Shown: piece by piece, positions 8,277 through 17,319 of the stretch
Numbering within the stretch: the first letter of the stretch is position 1
Layout of the letters: every line of letters begins with the position of its first letter
Translations under genes and position numbers: made by a program
Source: a bacterium
GTDB lineage: Bacteria > Patescibacteriota > Saccharimonadia > Saccharimonadales > AWTP1-31
Length of the DNA: 64,000 nucleotides
Assembly: GCA_030426125.1 (NCBI GenBank)
Contig: JAUHZB010000001.1
Location: 94,583-158,582 of the forward strand
Direction of reading: 5' to 3'
The notes under the pieces: model-generated
Seen by the model: only the letters and a program-made list of their open reading frames with translations
What the model was told of the DNA's origin: nothing
Databases searched by the model: none

Positions 8277-9248
8277 TTAGATTTTTTTAATGATCGGAGG
8301 TATTCTTTTCTCGATCAGTTTATTGACCTTAAGCACAGATATTTTTCTGGTTTTTTGTATTTGGCGTCTCTCCTTTAATTTTTTCGGCAGTAAGCTGAGT
8401 GCTTTAAATAGGGATCTAAAGAAGATTAGTGGATTTTTATTTTTTATGGTTGTGGTAGCCAGAATTCGTAGTGATTGAAGGAGTAAGAAAGGCGAGTAAA
8501 TTATTAATAACTGCCAGGGTAAGTTCTTCATAATGATAAAGTAGAAATTTTTAATAGTATGGTAGCGACTAAAATCACCTAATTTTGAGCTAGTTCCGCC
8601 AACATGGTGGTAGGCTAGGGCCGATGGTTGGTAATATACTTTCCATCCAGCTAACTGTGCCCTGAAGCTAATATCTACATCTTCATAGTAGGCAAAAAAG
8701 TCTTCATCAAAAATTCCAATTTCTTTAAACATTTCTGTGCTGTACAGTGACGCCCCGCCAGTAGCTCCAAAAACTGGTTCAATGTTGTCTCTCTGACCAC
8801 TATCAATCTCATTGCGGTCTCTGGGGTAGGGCATTCCCCATATGGTATAGAAATCTCCAGTGCTATCGATATGTTTTTTGTCGATGCGCATAAATTTTCC
8901 GGTAATTATTCCAGCATTAGGCTTTTCATCAGCGACTGCTACTAATTTTTCTAACCACTTGCTATCGGCTACCGCATCGTTGTTTAGAAGAGCAATATAC
9001 TTATATTGTTCTAGTGATGGTTTGATTCCTCTATTTACCCCGCCGGCAAATCCAGCGTTATCTGAGAATTCTAGTAGCTCTACTCTAGGGTGGTTGTCCT
9101 TAATTATTTTGACAGAGTTATCGACAGAGTTGTTGTCTACTACTAGAATATCTGGCTTTAAAGTTTGCTTTTCGAGTGACTGCAAACAATCGGAAATATA
9201 ATCTTCACCATTCCAATTGGGTATTACTACAACAACTTTAGTTTTCAT
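8277..9248 (-). CDS. Glycosyltransferase family 2 (rhamnosyltransferase-like)
   Basis: VVVIPNWNGEDYISDCLQSLEKQT, VVDNNSVDNS, NAGFAGGVNRGI and the FDEDFFAYYEDVDISFR (DXD/ED) region. Confidence 0.85.
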   Translation of the reverse strand: MKTKVVVVIPNWNGEDYISDCLQSLEKQTLKPDILVVDNNSVDNSVKIIKDNHPRVELLEFSDNAGFAGGVNRGIKPSLEQYKYIALLNNDAVADSKWLEKLVAVADEKPNAGIITGKFMRIDKKHIDSTGDFYTIWGMPYPRDRNEIDSGQRDNIEPVFGATGGASLYSTEMFKEIGIFDEDFFAYYEDVDISFRAQLAGWKVYYQPSALAYHHVGGTSSKLGDFSRYHTIKNFYFIIMKNLPWQLLIIYSPFLLLQSLRILATTTIKNKNPLIFFRSLFKALSLLPKKLKERRQIQKTRKISVLKVNKLIEKRIPPIIKKI

Positions 9249-9289
9249 ACTTATGCTATCTACTCTATAATATATAGACGATTATTGCT

Positions 9290-10090
9290 ATGAAACATAT
9301 ATTCTCAAAGAAGAACCGTGCATTATTGGCGGAGTTGGTTAGAACGGATTTTAAGCTCCGTTACCAGGGTTCGGTGCTGGGCTATGCTTGGTCGCTTCTT
9401 AAGCCACTTCTAATGTTCGGAATATTGTACGTTGTGTTTGTGAAGTTTATTAGGCTAGGTGGAGATATTCCAAACTTCCCCATATATCTACTGTTCGGTA
9501 TTGTTACCTGGAACTTTTTCTCAGAAATTACCACCCTAGGACTAATGTCTGTTGTAGGTAGAGGCGACTTAATTCGCAAAATTAGGATACCTAGATGGAT
9601 AATTATTCTTTCCAGTAGCATTACCGGCTTAATTAACTTGGGGTTAAATTTGATGGTTGTTTTAGTATTTGTATTGTTTGCGAATATAGACTTACTGAAA
9701 ACTAGTATATACGTGCCTTTCTATCTGCTCGAGATATACATATTCGCATTAGGTGTGTCGTTGATTCTATCGGCTGCTTACGTTAAGTACCGTGATATTA
9801 GCTATATCTGGGAGGTCTTAATGCAAGCTGGTTTTTACCTGACACCAATTTTGTACCCACTTAGTCTAATTGCAAATGAAAATATCCAAAAATTGGTATT
9901 AATAAATCCGATTGCACAGGCTATGCAGGATGCTAGATATGCCTTAGTTACACCAGCTACGACTACACTTAAGAGTTTATTTGGGGGTCCGGTTATATAT
10001 TTGGTTCCAATAGGTATTGTAACTTTAACCTTAGTCGGCGGTGTTTTATACTTTAAGAAAGAGGCTAAGTACTTTGCGGAGAATTTGTAA
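9290..10090 (+). CDS. ABC-2 type polysaccharide/teichoic-acid export permease (Wzm/TagG-like)
   Basis: Six-TM ABC-2 architecture with an N-terminal TDFKLRYQGSVLGYAWSLLKPLL signature. It is coupled to the downstream ATPase by a TAATG overlap. Confidence 0.85.
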   Translation: MKHIFSKKNRALLAELVRTDFKLRYQGSVLGYAWSLLKPLLMFGILYVVFVKFIRLGGDIPNFPIYLLFGIVTWNFFSEITTLGLMSVVGRGDLIRKIRIPRWIIILSSSITGLINLGLNLMVVLVFVLFANIDLLKTSIYVPFYLLEIYIFALGVSLILSAAYVKYRDISYIWEVLMQAGFYLTPILYPLSLIANENIQKLVLINPIAQAMQDARYALVTPATTTLKSLFGGPVIYLVPIGIVTLTLVGGVLYFKKEAKYFAENL

Positions 10091-11316
10091 TGAGTAAAGA
10101 TACTGATGTAGCTATTAGAGTTAGTAACGTTTTTAAGTCTTTTAAATTACCACATGAAAAACAATCTACCGTTAAGGGTCTTTTCTTAAATGCCTTTAAC
10201 GGAAAAAGAACTTATGAAAAACAAGAAGTACTTAAAGGGGTTAACTTAGAGATAAAAAAGGGTGAATTTGTTGGTATAGTCGGACGCAACGGTAGTGGAA
10301 AGAGTACTTTATTGAAGTTGATGGCGGGTATATATAGCCCGGACGCAGGAAGCGTGGAGGTTGAAGGCCAACTTACACCGTTTATCGAGCTAGGTGTTGG
10401 ATTTAGCCCCGATTTAACTGGTAGGGAAAATGTATTTCTAAATGGGGCATTATTAGGATTCAATAGGGATGAGATGAATAAAATGTATGATGGAATCGTC
10501 GAATTTGCAGAATTATCTAATTTCATGGATCAAAAACTAAAGAATTATTCATCTGGGATGCAGGTTAGGCTAGCATTTTCTATTGCTATTCGGGCCCGTA
10601 GTGACATTTTGGTATTAGATGAGGTGCTGGCAGTCGGGGACTCTGCTTTCCAGCAAAAATGTTATGACTATTTTGGGAGTCTGAAGCAGAAAAACGTAAC
10701 AGTAGTACTTGTAACCCATGATATGAGTGCGGTTGAAAAATTCTGCGAGAAGGCAATTCTAATTGAGAGTGGCAAGGTTGTAAAAACTGGAAACAGCTTA
10801 GAGGTTGCTGATGCCTACAGGGCCTTATTTAATGATCAGATAGAAGCCCAGAATCGGCTAGATAATGACAGAAAGAAACAAGATAAGAATGATTCAGAAA
10901 GCTTAATTAATCTGAATTCAATAAAGCTTAGTCAGAATAACCGAACAACTACATTGATTAAAGCTTTAAAGCCGTTTAGTGTGGAGTTATCTTTTGATTC
11001 CAGTGAGGAAATCGAGAATGCTGTAATAGGTTTAAATATTGTGAATTCGCAAAATTTAATTTTAGTGGTTACTAGTATTGGTGCTAAGGGCGATAATTAT
11101 CGAATAAAAAAAGGTAAAAATACTGTAAAGATAAATATTGAAGAAAATATCTATAATGATGATAGCTACTATATTAATCTAGCTATTGCTAAAAAAGAGA
11201 ACGCTAACGAGAAGCTACTTTACAAACAGCAACAAATTCATAAATTTTCAATAAAGGGAATTAACAAACATAAGCACAGTATTACTCACCCTAAGTATAG
11301 TGTTGAGATTGAGTAG
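10090..11316 (+). CDS. ABC exporter ATPase with extra C-terminal domain (Wzt/TagH-like)
   Basis: Walker A GRNGSGKST, signature YSSGMQVRLAF and Walker B ILVLDE. An additional ~150-aa C-terminal beta-rich domain sits where the Wzt glycan-cap-binding domain is found. Confidence 0.85.
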   Translation: MSKDTDVAIRVSNVFKSFKLPHEKQSTVKGLFLNAFNGKRTYEKQEVLKGVNLEIKKGEFVGIVGRNGSGKSTLLKLMAGIYSPDAGSVEVEGQLTPFIELGVGFSPDLTGRENVFLNGALLGFNRDEMNKMYDGIVEFAELSNFMDQKLKNYSSGMQVRLAFSIAIRARSDILVLDEVLAVGDSAFQQKCYDYFGSLKQKNVTVVLVTHDMSAVEKFCEKAILIESGKVVKTGNSLEVADAYRALFNDQIEAQNRLDNDRKKQDKNDSESLINLNSIKLSQNNRTTTLIKALKPFSVELSFDSSEEIENAVIGLNIVNSQNLILVVTSIGAKGDNYRIKKGKNTVKINIEENIYNDDSYYINLAIAKKENANEKLLYKQQQIHKFSIKGINKHKHSITHPKYSVEIE

Positions 11317-11318
11317 TA

Positions 11319-12767
11319 ATGCTAAAAAAGCTACTGAAGAGTTTATTTAGCAGACTATATAATTCAAGTAATTTTCATATCTATTGTTTGATGTCTCGAT
11401 TTATTCATTTAAGAAAAAATTTTTCACTAAATGGTTTTCGCTATAAATACCAATGTTTTGATTCTATTAACTCTCATGTAGACACTAATATTCCCAAACT
11501 TGCCTGGGTGGCAGAATTAATGGATGGAAAGGCGAATTTTACACTAGGTTCTGAGGTAGAGAGATCCAATGCTATGATTTTTGAAGGAGTATGGTATGGC
11601 GATTACAGAGACTCCAGCCCTACTGATAGTGACGTAGTCTTTGGTAGTGGAGCTGAGATTGTTAACGGAAGATTGATTTTTGTGACTCCTAAACATAACC
11701 TAGAGAGCTTATTTGTGCTAGTAAATAATAAAACTGGTCACTCCTATGTTTCAAATTCTTTTAACTACCTTTTTGTTAGGGCGGGAATTAATACTTCCAG
11801 TAAATTCTTTAAGGCTTTTTCCACTATTATTCAAGATTCTGCTTCAGCTTCCGCTGAAATAGGAGTTGATAGGTATGAAAGAATAATACATCGGGATGAA
11901 CACTGGACTATGTATAGAATGACATATTATAACTTCTCTGTATCTAGAAATGGTTTGATTAAATCTCATTGGCAAAAACCTCGATATGAATATCGAGATT
12001 ATGAAAGTTACAAACAATATTTGGAGTCTACGATACAATCTATTGCTGCCAATGCGCAGAGCCCTCATAGAAAAAAACAAAAATATAAGCTACTGTCTTC
12101 AATTTCGAAGGGTTATGATTCACCAGCAGTTTCCGTACTTGCAAAGAGCGCCGGCCTCAAGCAGTCAGTTACTTTAGATATAGCAGTATATGATTTTAAT
12201 GATAGTGGGCAGCAGATAGCAAAAAAACTAGGCTTGGAAGTGAATAAATGTGAACATATCCTAAGCAACAATATCAACAACCTTAATACTGAATTTGATG
12301 TTAGACTAAAGAAAAAGGCTTACGAGTTTATTGCTTGTGATGGAATAGGGGATGACGTTGCTTTCTTGGGGTTTGAAAAATATCTAAAATCTAAGTTGTA
12401 CTGTTCCGGTACATATGGAGATGTAGTATGGTCAAAGAAACGAAATATTCGCCCAGCATTTAGTAAGCAAGTATTCGAGAAAAGCTTGACCGAATTTAGG
12501 CTTAGAGTGGGTTTTGTGAACATGCCGGTAATAGCAATTGGTGCTAGATTTGGTTCAGCTCTTGGTAGGATTTCTGTATCTGAAGAGATGAATCATTATT
12601 CTATAGGTGGCGATTACGATCGGCCAATACCCCGAAGGTTAGTAGAGACTGCTGGTGTCCCCAGAGACTATTTTGGTATGCAGAAGAGTGCTTCTTCACC
12701 GATGATATTAAATAATAGAGAATTATTTAGTGAGGCGTGTGAGTATGTTATGCAACGCTACCTATAA
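11319..12767 (+). CDS. Hypothetical cytoplasmic protein with asparagine-synthetase-like layout and degenerate PP-loop (SKGYDS)
   Basis: No signal peptide or TM segment. SSISKGYDSPAVSVLAKSAG (SKGYDS at 12105-12122) resembles the SGGxDS PP-loop of AsnB/adenine-nucleotide alpha-hydrolases. It lies immediately downstream of wzt. Confidence 0.5.
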   Translation: MLKKLLKSLFSRLYNSSNFHIYCLMSRFIHLRKNFSLNGFRYKYQCFDSINSHVDTNIPKLAWVAELMDGKANFTLGSEVERSNAMIFEGVWYGDYRDSSPTDSDVVFGSGAEIVNGRLIFVTPKHNLESLFVLVNNKTGHSYVSNSFNYLFVRAGINTSSKFFKAFSTIIQDSASASAEIGVDRYERIIHRDEHWTMYRMTYYNFSVSRNGLIKSHWQKPRYEYRDYESYKQYLESTIQSIAANAQSPHRKKQKYKLLSSISKGYDSPAVSVLAKSAGLKQSVTLDIAVYDFNDSGQQIAKKLGLEVNKCEHILSNNINNLNTEFDVRLKKKAYEFIACDGIGDDVAFLGFEKYLKSKLYCSGTYGDVVWSKKRNIRPAFSKQVFEKSLTEFRLRVGFVNMPVIAIGARFGSALGRISVSEEMNHYSIGGDYDRPIPRRLVETAGVPRDYFGMQKSASSPMILNNRELFSEACEYVMQRYL

Positions 12768-12818
12768 ATTACTGTATTAAAGTCAGCTATTTAACTATAA
12801 TGGGGGCATAGAGGATCT

Positions 12819-14045
12819 ATGGTAAATAGCTATAATAATCAGAAAATATTAATTACCCAGAGTGAGTTGGTTAAATATGCTGGCTCGGAAATAGTTACCT
12901 TAGAGTTGGCCGAGTATTTTACAAGCCAGGGCGCTAAAGTAGATATATTAACTAATTTTATCGACTATCCAATTAAAAAAGAATTCGATAAGATAAATAA
13001 TCTTAAAGTTGAAATTGATTACATTAAATTAGATGCAAGTAAATATGACCTGATATGGATACATCATCAACTAATTCCATATAAATTATTGGAGCAAATC
13101 AAACAAAATAAAAATAAAGCAAAGATTGTGTTCCATCACATGTCGCCCTATCACGGCTTGGAATTTCCGTGCTTTGCATCTATAGAGCAGTCAATAGCCG
13201 ACAAAGTTTTGTATAATTCTGCGGAGACCAAAAAGTCCATAGAAGATAGACTAGGGCAGATTAAACTAAGTGGAGAAGTATTTAGTAACCCATCTCCAGA
13301 TGCTTTTTACTCGGAGGCTGTAGATCATAAGAATACAGAATTAAAGAACCTATTAGTTGTCTCTAGTCATATACCAGAAGAGCTGAATGAAGCAATTAGC
13401 TTACTTCAAAAAAATCATATTGATGTGAAAGTATTCGGCGAAGAAAAAGGGAACTCATTCAAGAGAATCACTCCTGAAGAAATAAATTGGGCCGATACGG
13501 TCTTAAGTATCGGCAAAACAGTACAATACAGCATTGTAAATGGTACGCCAGTGTACTGTTATGATCATTTTGGTGGTCCTGGGTACTTGAAAAGTTCAAA
13601 CATTAACAAAGTATCAGAGCTAAATTTCTCAGGAAGAGGATTTGGTAAAAAAGAGGCCCAACAAATATATAAAGAGTTAATCGATGGCTATGCTGAAGCC
13701 AATAACTTTGCTAAGCAACTTAGAGAAAAAGATTCACAAAAATATTTACTCTCAAGTAAAATGAGTGAATTATTTAACGAATTATCTTCGCAAAACGGAA
13801 AATCCAAGTCACCTAAACAGAGTGACCTTGAAATGTATTATGCGCTTAGCAAGCACCTTTGGGATGTACATGGAAAAATGAACGTTAGCTTGCAAACAAT
13901 TGAACATAACCAAAAACGTCATGCTTCAGAAATTCAACAGTTGTTGAACGATAAGCAAACTATTCTTGAGTCCAATTCATGGAAACTAACTTGGCCATTG
14001 AGAAAGATAAATGATACCCTAAAGTCTATACTGAATAAAACATGA
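12819..14045 (+). CDS. GT-B-fold-like protein with long C-terminal coiled coil ending in SNSWKLTWPLRKI
   Basis: The N-terminus KILITQSELVKYAGSEIVTLELAEYFTSQGAKVDILT resembles a GT4 N-domain. The last ~110 aa are heptad-like, followed by an SxSW(K/R)xTxPLR-type motif. The TGA stop overlaps the next ATG (ATGA at 14042). Confidence 0.55.
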   Translation: MVNSYNNQKILITQSELVKYAGSEIVTLELAEYFTSQGAKVDILTNFIDYPIKKEFDKINNLKVEIDYIKLDASKYDLIWIHHQLIPYKLLEQIKQNKNKAKIVFHHMSPYHGLEFPCFASIEQSIADKVLYNSAETKKSIEDRLGQIKLSGEVFSNPSPDAFYSEAVDHKNTELKNLLVVSSHIPEELNEAISLLQKNHIDVKVFGEEKGNSFKRITPEEINWADTVLSIGKTVQYSIVNGTPVYCYDHFGGPGYLKSSNINKVSELNFSGRGFGKKEAQQIYKELIDGYAEANNFAKQLREKDSQKYLLSSKMSELFNELSSQNGKSKSPKQSDLEMYYALSKHLWDVHGKMNVSLQTIEHNQKRHASEIQQLLNDKQTILESNSWKLTWPLRKINDTLKSILNKT

Positions 14046-15961
14046 ATAAAGCACTCATAAAGCGAAAAACAAAGAGAATTCTAGCTCCACTCACAGGGCC
14101 AATATTAAGAGTCGCTTATGTAAGTGTTTTTGGTAAACATATTTTTATAAATAAATATGTTAAGCGAGTTCCAGTAGCAAATAGGGTTGTTGCTATTATT
14201 GAAGATAAAGCTGCTTTAGCCCATACAGCTAATAGTAGAAATATTGAATATAGGCAGTGGGTTCGGAAGAATTATCCCAAGAAAAAAGAACTCGTATTGC
14301 AACAGAAGCATATAAAAGAATTTAAACACAAACCGCTAATAAGTGTAGTTATGCCGACATACAACACTAATCCTACTTTATTGAAGCAGTGTTTAGACTC
14401 GGTTATTAAACAGTCTTATACAAACTGGGAGTTGTGTATAGCTGATGATGCATCAACTAATAAAGAAGTAGTTGAAATTCTTGAAGATTACGCGAAAAAA
14501 CACACTAACATTAAATATATGGTTCGTGACCAGAACGGACATATCTGTAAAGCTAGTAACTCGGCTTTAAAATTAGCTAAAGGTGAATTTGTTTCACTAC
14601 TTGATCACGATGACGTACTTTGGCCTAATGCCTTATACGAGGTTGTAAAAGTCATCAATAATAAACCAAAAACAGACTTTATATATTCCGATGAAGATAA
14701 AATAGATGAAGCAGGTAAAAAACATAGCAATCCATTTTTTAAACCAGATTGGAGTCCTGAATATCTTCGTTCAGTTAACTACATAACCCACTTCTCGACC
14801 ATTAGAAAGAAACTAATCGATAAGGTTGGTGGCTTCAGGCCTGGTTATGAGGGTGCCCAAGATTGGGATCTATTCTTGCGAATAAGTCGTATTACTGACA
14901 AGATAGAGCACATTCCAAGCATAATTTACAGCTGGAGAATGACTGAAACATCAACAGCTCAGGACCCCTCAGCTAAAGAATACGCCTATAAGAACCAAAA
15001 GAAAGCTTTACTGGACGATGTTAAAGAGCGGGGTATGAAGGCAAGGATTGATTGGCAGATTCCATATTCTATGTGGCGGATTGGTTATGAGGTTAAAGAT
15101 AACCCGTTGGTCTCGATAATTATTCCTACTAAGGATCAATATGATTATATAAAGCGTTGCCTAGATTCAATCAAAGAGAAGACTAAATATGAAAACTTTG
15201 AAATCGTTCTTATGGATACTGGATCAACTGACGAAAGAGTTTGGCAATTATATGAAGAACATAAGACTCTTAGTAAATCTTTTAGATTAGTTAAATGGAC
15301 TAAGAAATTTAACTTTGCTGCAGTATGTGATGAGGGCGCAAAAAAGGCTAAGGGAAAGTACTATCTATTTCTAAATAATGACACAGAAGTCATTACTGAG
15401 AGTTGGATTGAAGACATGCTTGGATACGCCCAGCAGAAAGATATTGGCGCAGTCGGCTGTAAGCTGTATTACCCAGATGGAAAATTACAGCACGGAGGAA
15501 TAATCCTCGGTGTTGGTGGCTTGCACGGAACTCCTGGCATCGCTGGACATTTTTTCCCAGCCTTTAAAGATAAGCCAACTGTACAAGATCTAGCTCAGTC
15601 TCTATATGTGGGAGGAACTAGAAACTTCACTGCTGTAACAGCCGCGGTATTAATGGTGGAGAATAAGAAATTCTGGGCAGTTGACGGCTTTGATCCTAAA
15701 TATCGAATAGCTTTTAATGATGTTGATTTCTGCCTAAAGCTGTATGACTCAAACTTGCGAAATGTATATTTACCCCACGTTGAATTATTCCATCATGAGT
15801 CTATTTCTGTGGGTCAACCAGGCTCCAAGGTTCGCGATGTAGCTGAGTTCGACAAAGAAATACAAATGATGTTGAAAAGTTGGAAAAGCTTAATTGAAAA
15901 TGATCCTTACTACCATCCTGAATTTAGGAGGGATGTGGCTAGTGCAAGACTGCGTGATTAG
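14042..15961 (+). CDS. Dual-domain family-2 glycosyltransferase (polymerising type)
   Basis: Two GT2 modules are present. One reads LISVVMPTYNTNPTLLKQCLDSVIKQSY...ADDAS...DHDD. The other reads LVSIIIPTKDQYDYIKRCLDSIKEKT...DTGSTD...LNNDTE. Confidence 0.85.
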   Translation: MNKALIKRKTKRILAPLTGPILRVAYVSVFGKHIFINKYVKRVPVANRVVAIIEDKAALAHTANSRNIEYRQWVRKNYPKKKELVLQQKHIKEFKHKPLISVVMPTYNTNPTLLKQCLDSVIKQSYTNWELCIADDASTNKEVVEILEDYAKKHTNIKYMVRDQNGHICKASNSALKLAKGEFVSLLDHDDVLWPNALYEVVKVINNKPKTDFIYSDEDKIDEAGKKHSNPFFKPDWSPEYLRSVNYITHFSTIRKKLIDKVGGFRPGYEGAQDWDLFLRISRITDKIEHIPSIIYSWRMTETSTAQDPSAKEYAYKNQKKALLDDVKERGMKARIDWQIPYSMWRIGYEVKDNPLVSIIIPTKDQYDYIKRCLDSIKEKTKYENFEIVLMDTGSTDERVWQLYEEHKTLSKSFRLVKWTKKFNFAAVCDEGAKKAKGKYYLFLNNDTEVITESWIEDMLGYAQQKDIGAVGCKLYYPDGKLQHGGIILGVGGLHGTPGIAGHFFPAFKDKPTVQDLAQSLYVGGTRNFTAVTAAVLMVENKKFWAVDGFDPKYRIAFNDVDFCLKLYDSNLRNVYLPHVELFHHESISVGQPGSKVRDVAEFDKEIQMMLKSWKSLIENDPYYHPEFRRDVASARLRD

Positions 15962-15978
15962 CTAGTAGTTGCGTTTAC

Positions 15979-17316
15979 TTATGCACCCAACATATAGTAG
16001 GCTATACCTTCGTATCTCCAGGCATCTTGTGCATCGACACGGTCGCGTTCTCTTGTTGATGTGGTCCATAGGTGTCCGCCTGTCACTGAGTTAAATAGTC
16101 TATAGACGGGTAGTTTATTGGGGTTGGATGAGCGTTTTGTAAGGCCAATAAATGAAGTTCCTTCAAGTCGATAGTTATGGTTGTTGACTAGATTGTTTCG
16201 CTCATTAATATCCATGGTCCAGAACCATTTTTTCCCCTTCTTTAGCCGGTATACTCCTAATCTGTCTGACTCAGTTGATTCTGGTTGCTTAAAGGCTACA
16301 CCCTCTAATTTATAGCTAGTTTTACTGTCTAGAGAGTTGGCTTCACAGATGAATGTAGTGTAGTAGTGCCGAGCTTTCTTGGTGCTAAACAGCCTATATA
16401 CCTCTCTGCCTGGAGTAGCATTATTGGAGCAGTTTGCAACAGTGCTGCCGAACCAATCATTATATATTCTCCAGAAATTTCGGTTACCATATGCGCTACA
16501 ATTATTTCCAGTACCGTACAAGTTATTTAAGGCGGCATTATTTGGTTGGTAAGGGGTATAGTTGTACAGAGCTGCAGTTGCTGAGTTCTGAATGTAGACG
16601 TTTGAACCTCCACATGAACCATTAGGATTGTATTGAACATAGCTAGTTTTTTTAGAGCGGTAGTTGAATAGTTCAGGTTGTTTTTCATAACGACGAAGCT
16701 GTCTAGCAGCGTTATACACTTGGTTAAAGAATCCATAGTAGTCGGTATCACAGGGTGCTGTGTCAGGACAGCCATAACCGGTAGCACTGCGGTATTGAAT
16801 GGCCCAAGGCCAATCATCGGTAATTAAGCTTTGTTCTTTTTGAATTAGCACGATCAGTGCTTTTTGACTTACGCTACAGGCTTTAGCAACGTCATTTATT
16901 ATCTGATAGGATGTTTTGTTTCCACCGCTGTAGTTCTTTGTACAGAAACTATCGGCGCTCTTTGAAGGGGTGTTTTGAGTGTAGCCTTTTAGGCACTTAT
17001 ATGGTGGAGGGTTACCGTTTAAGTTACCCCATTCGGCTCTGGTGTAGTACCTGTTTCCAGCGTTATACCAGTGGTTGGAATTCTTGGCGCCGTAGGTGTC
17101 ACATTTAGAAACCTTGGACTTTAGGAAGTTTTGGATTTGTGAGGCGCTCATTGCATCACCTCTATAGAACAGGCTACTGTCGATAATGTTTCCAGCTTTA
17201 AATGAGCTACCACTTAGTGCATCAGCATTACTTGGACTAGCTACTGTAATAGTGCTAACCATTAACCCGGCGACTATAATTAGTTTTAGTGCTAATAATG
17301 ATATGTTTTTAACCAT
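15979..17316 (-). CDS. Secreted Cys-rich protein with three C-terminal VYRL...EG(V/I)A(F/Y) lectin-like repeats
   Basis: Signal peptide (…TVASPSNADA). The central conserved block is ALIVLIQKEQSLITDDWPWAIQYRSATGYGCPDTAPCDTDYYGFFNQVYNAARQLR. Three ~45-aa repeats follow: VYRLFSTKKARHYYTT…YKLEGVAF, VYRLKKGKKWFWTM…YRLEGTSF and VYRLFNSVTGGHLWTT…WRYEGIAY. Confidence 0.7.
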   Translation of the reverse strand: MVKNISLLALKLIIVAGLMVSTITVASPSNADALSGSSFKAGNIIDSSLFYRGDAMSASQIQNFLKSKVSKCDTYGAKNSNHWYNAGNRYYTRAEWGNLNGNPPPYKCLKGYTQNTPSKSADSFCTKNYSGGNKTSYQIINDVAKACSVSQKALIVLIQKEQSLITDDWPWAIQYRSATGYGCPDTAPCDTDYYGFFNQVYNAARQLRRYEKQPELFNYRSKKTSYVQYNPNGSCGGSNVYIQNSATAALYNYTPYQPNNAALNNLYGTGNNCSAYGNRNFWRIYNDWFGSTVANCSNNATPGREVYRLFSTKKARHYYTTFICEANSLDSKTSYKLEGVAFKQPESTESDRLGVYRLKKGKKWFWTMDINERNNLVNNHNYRLEGTSFIGLTKRSSNPNKLPVYRLFNSVTGGHLWTTSTRERDRVDAQDAWRYEGIAYYMLGA

Positions 17317-17319
17317 AAA

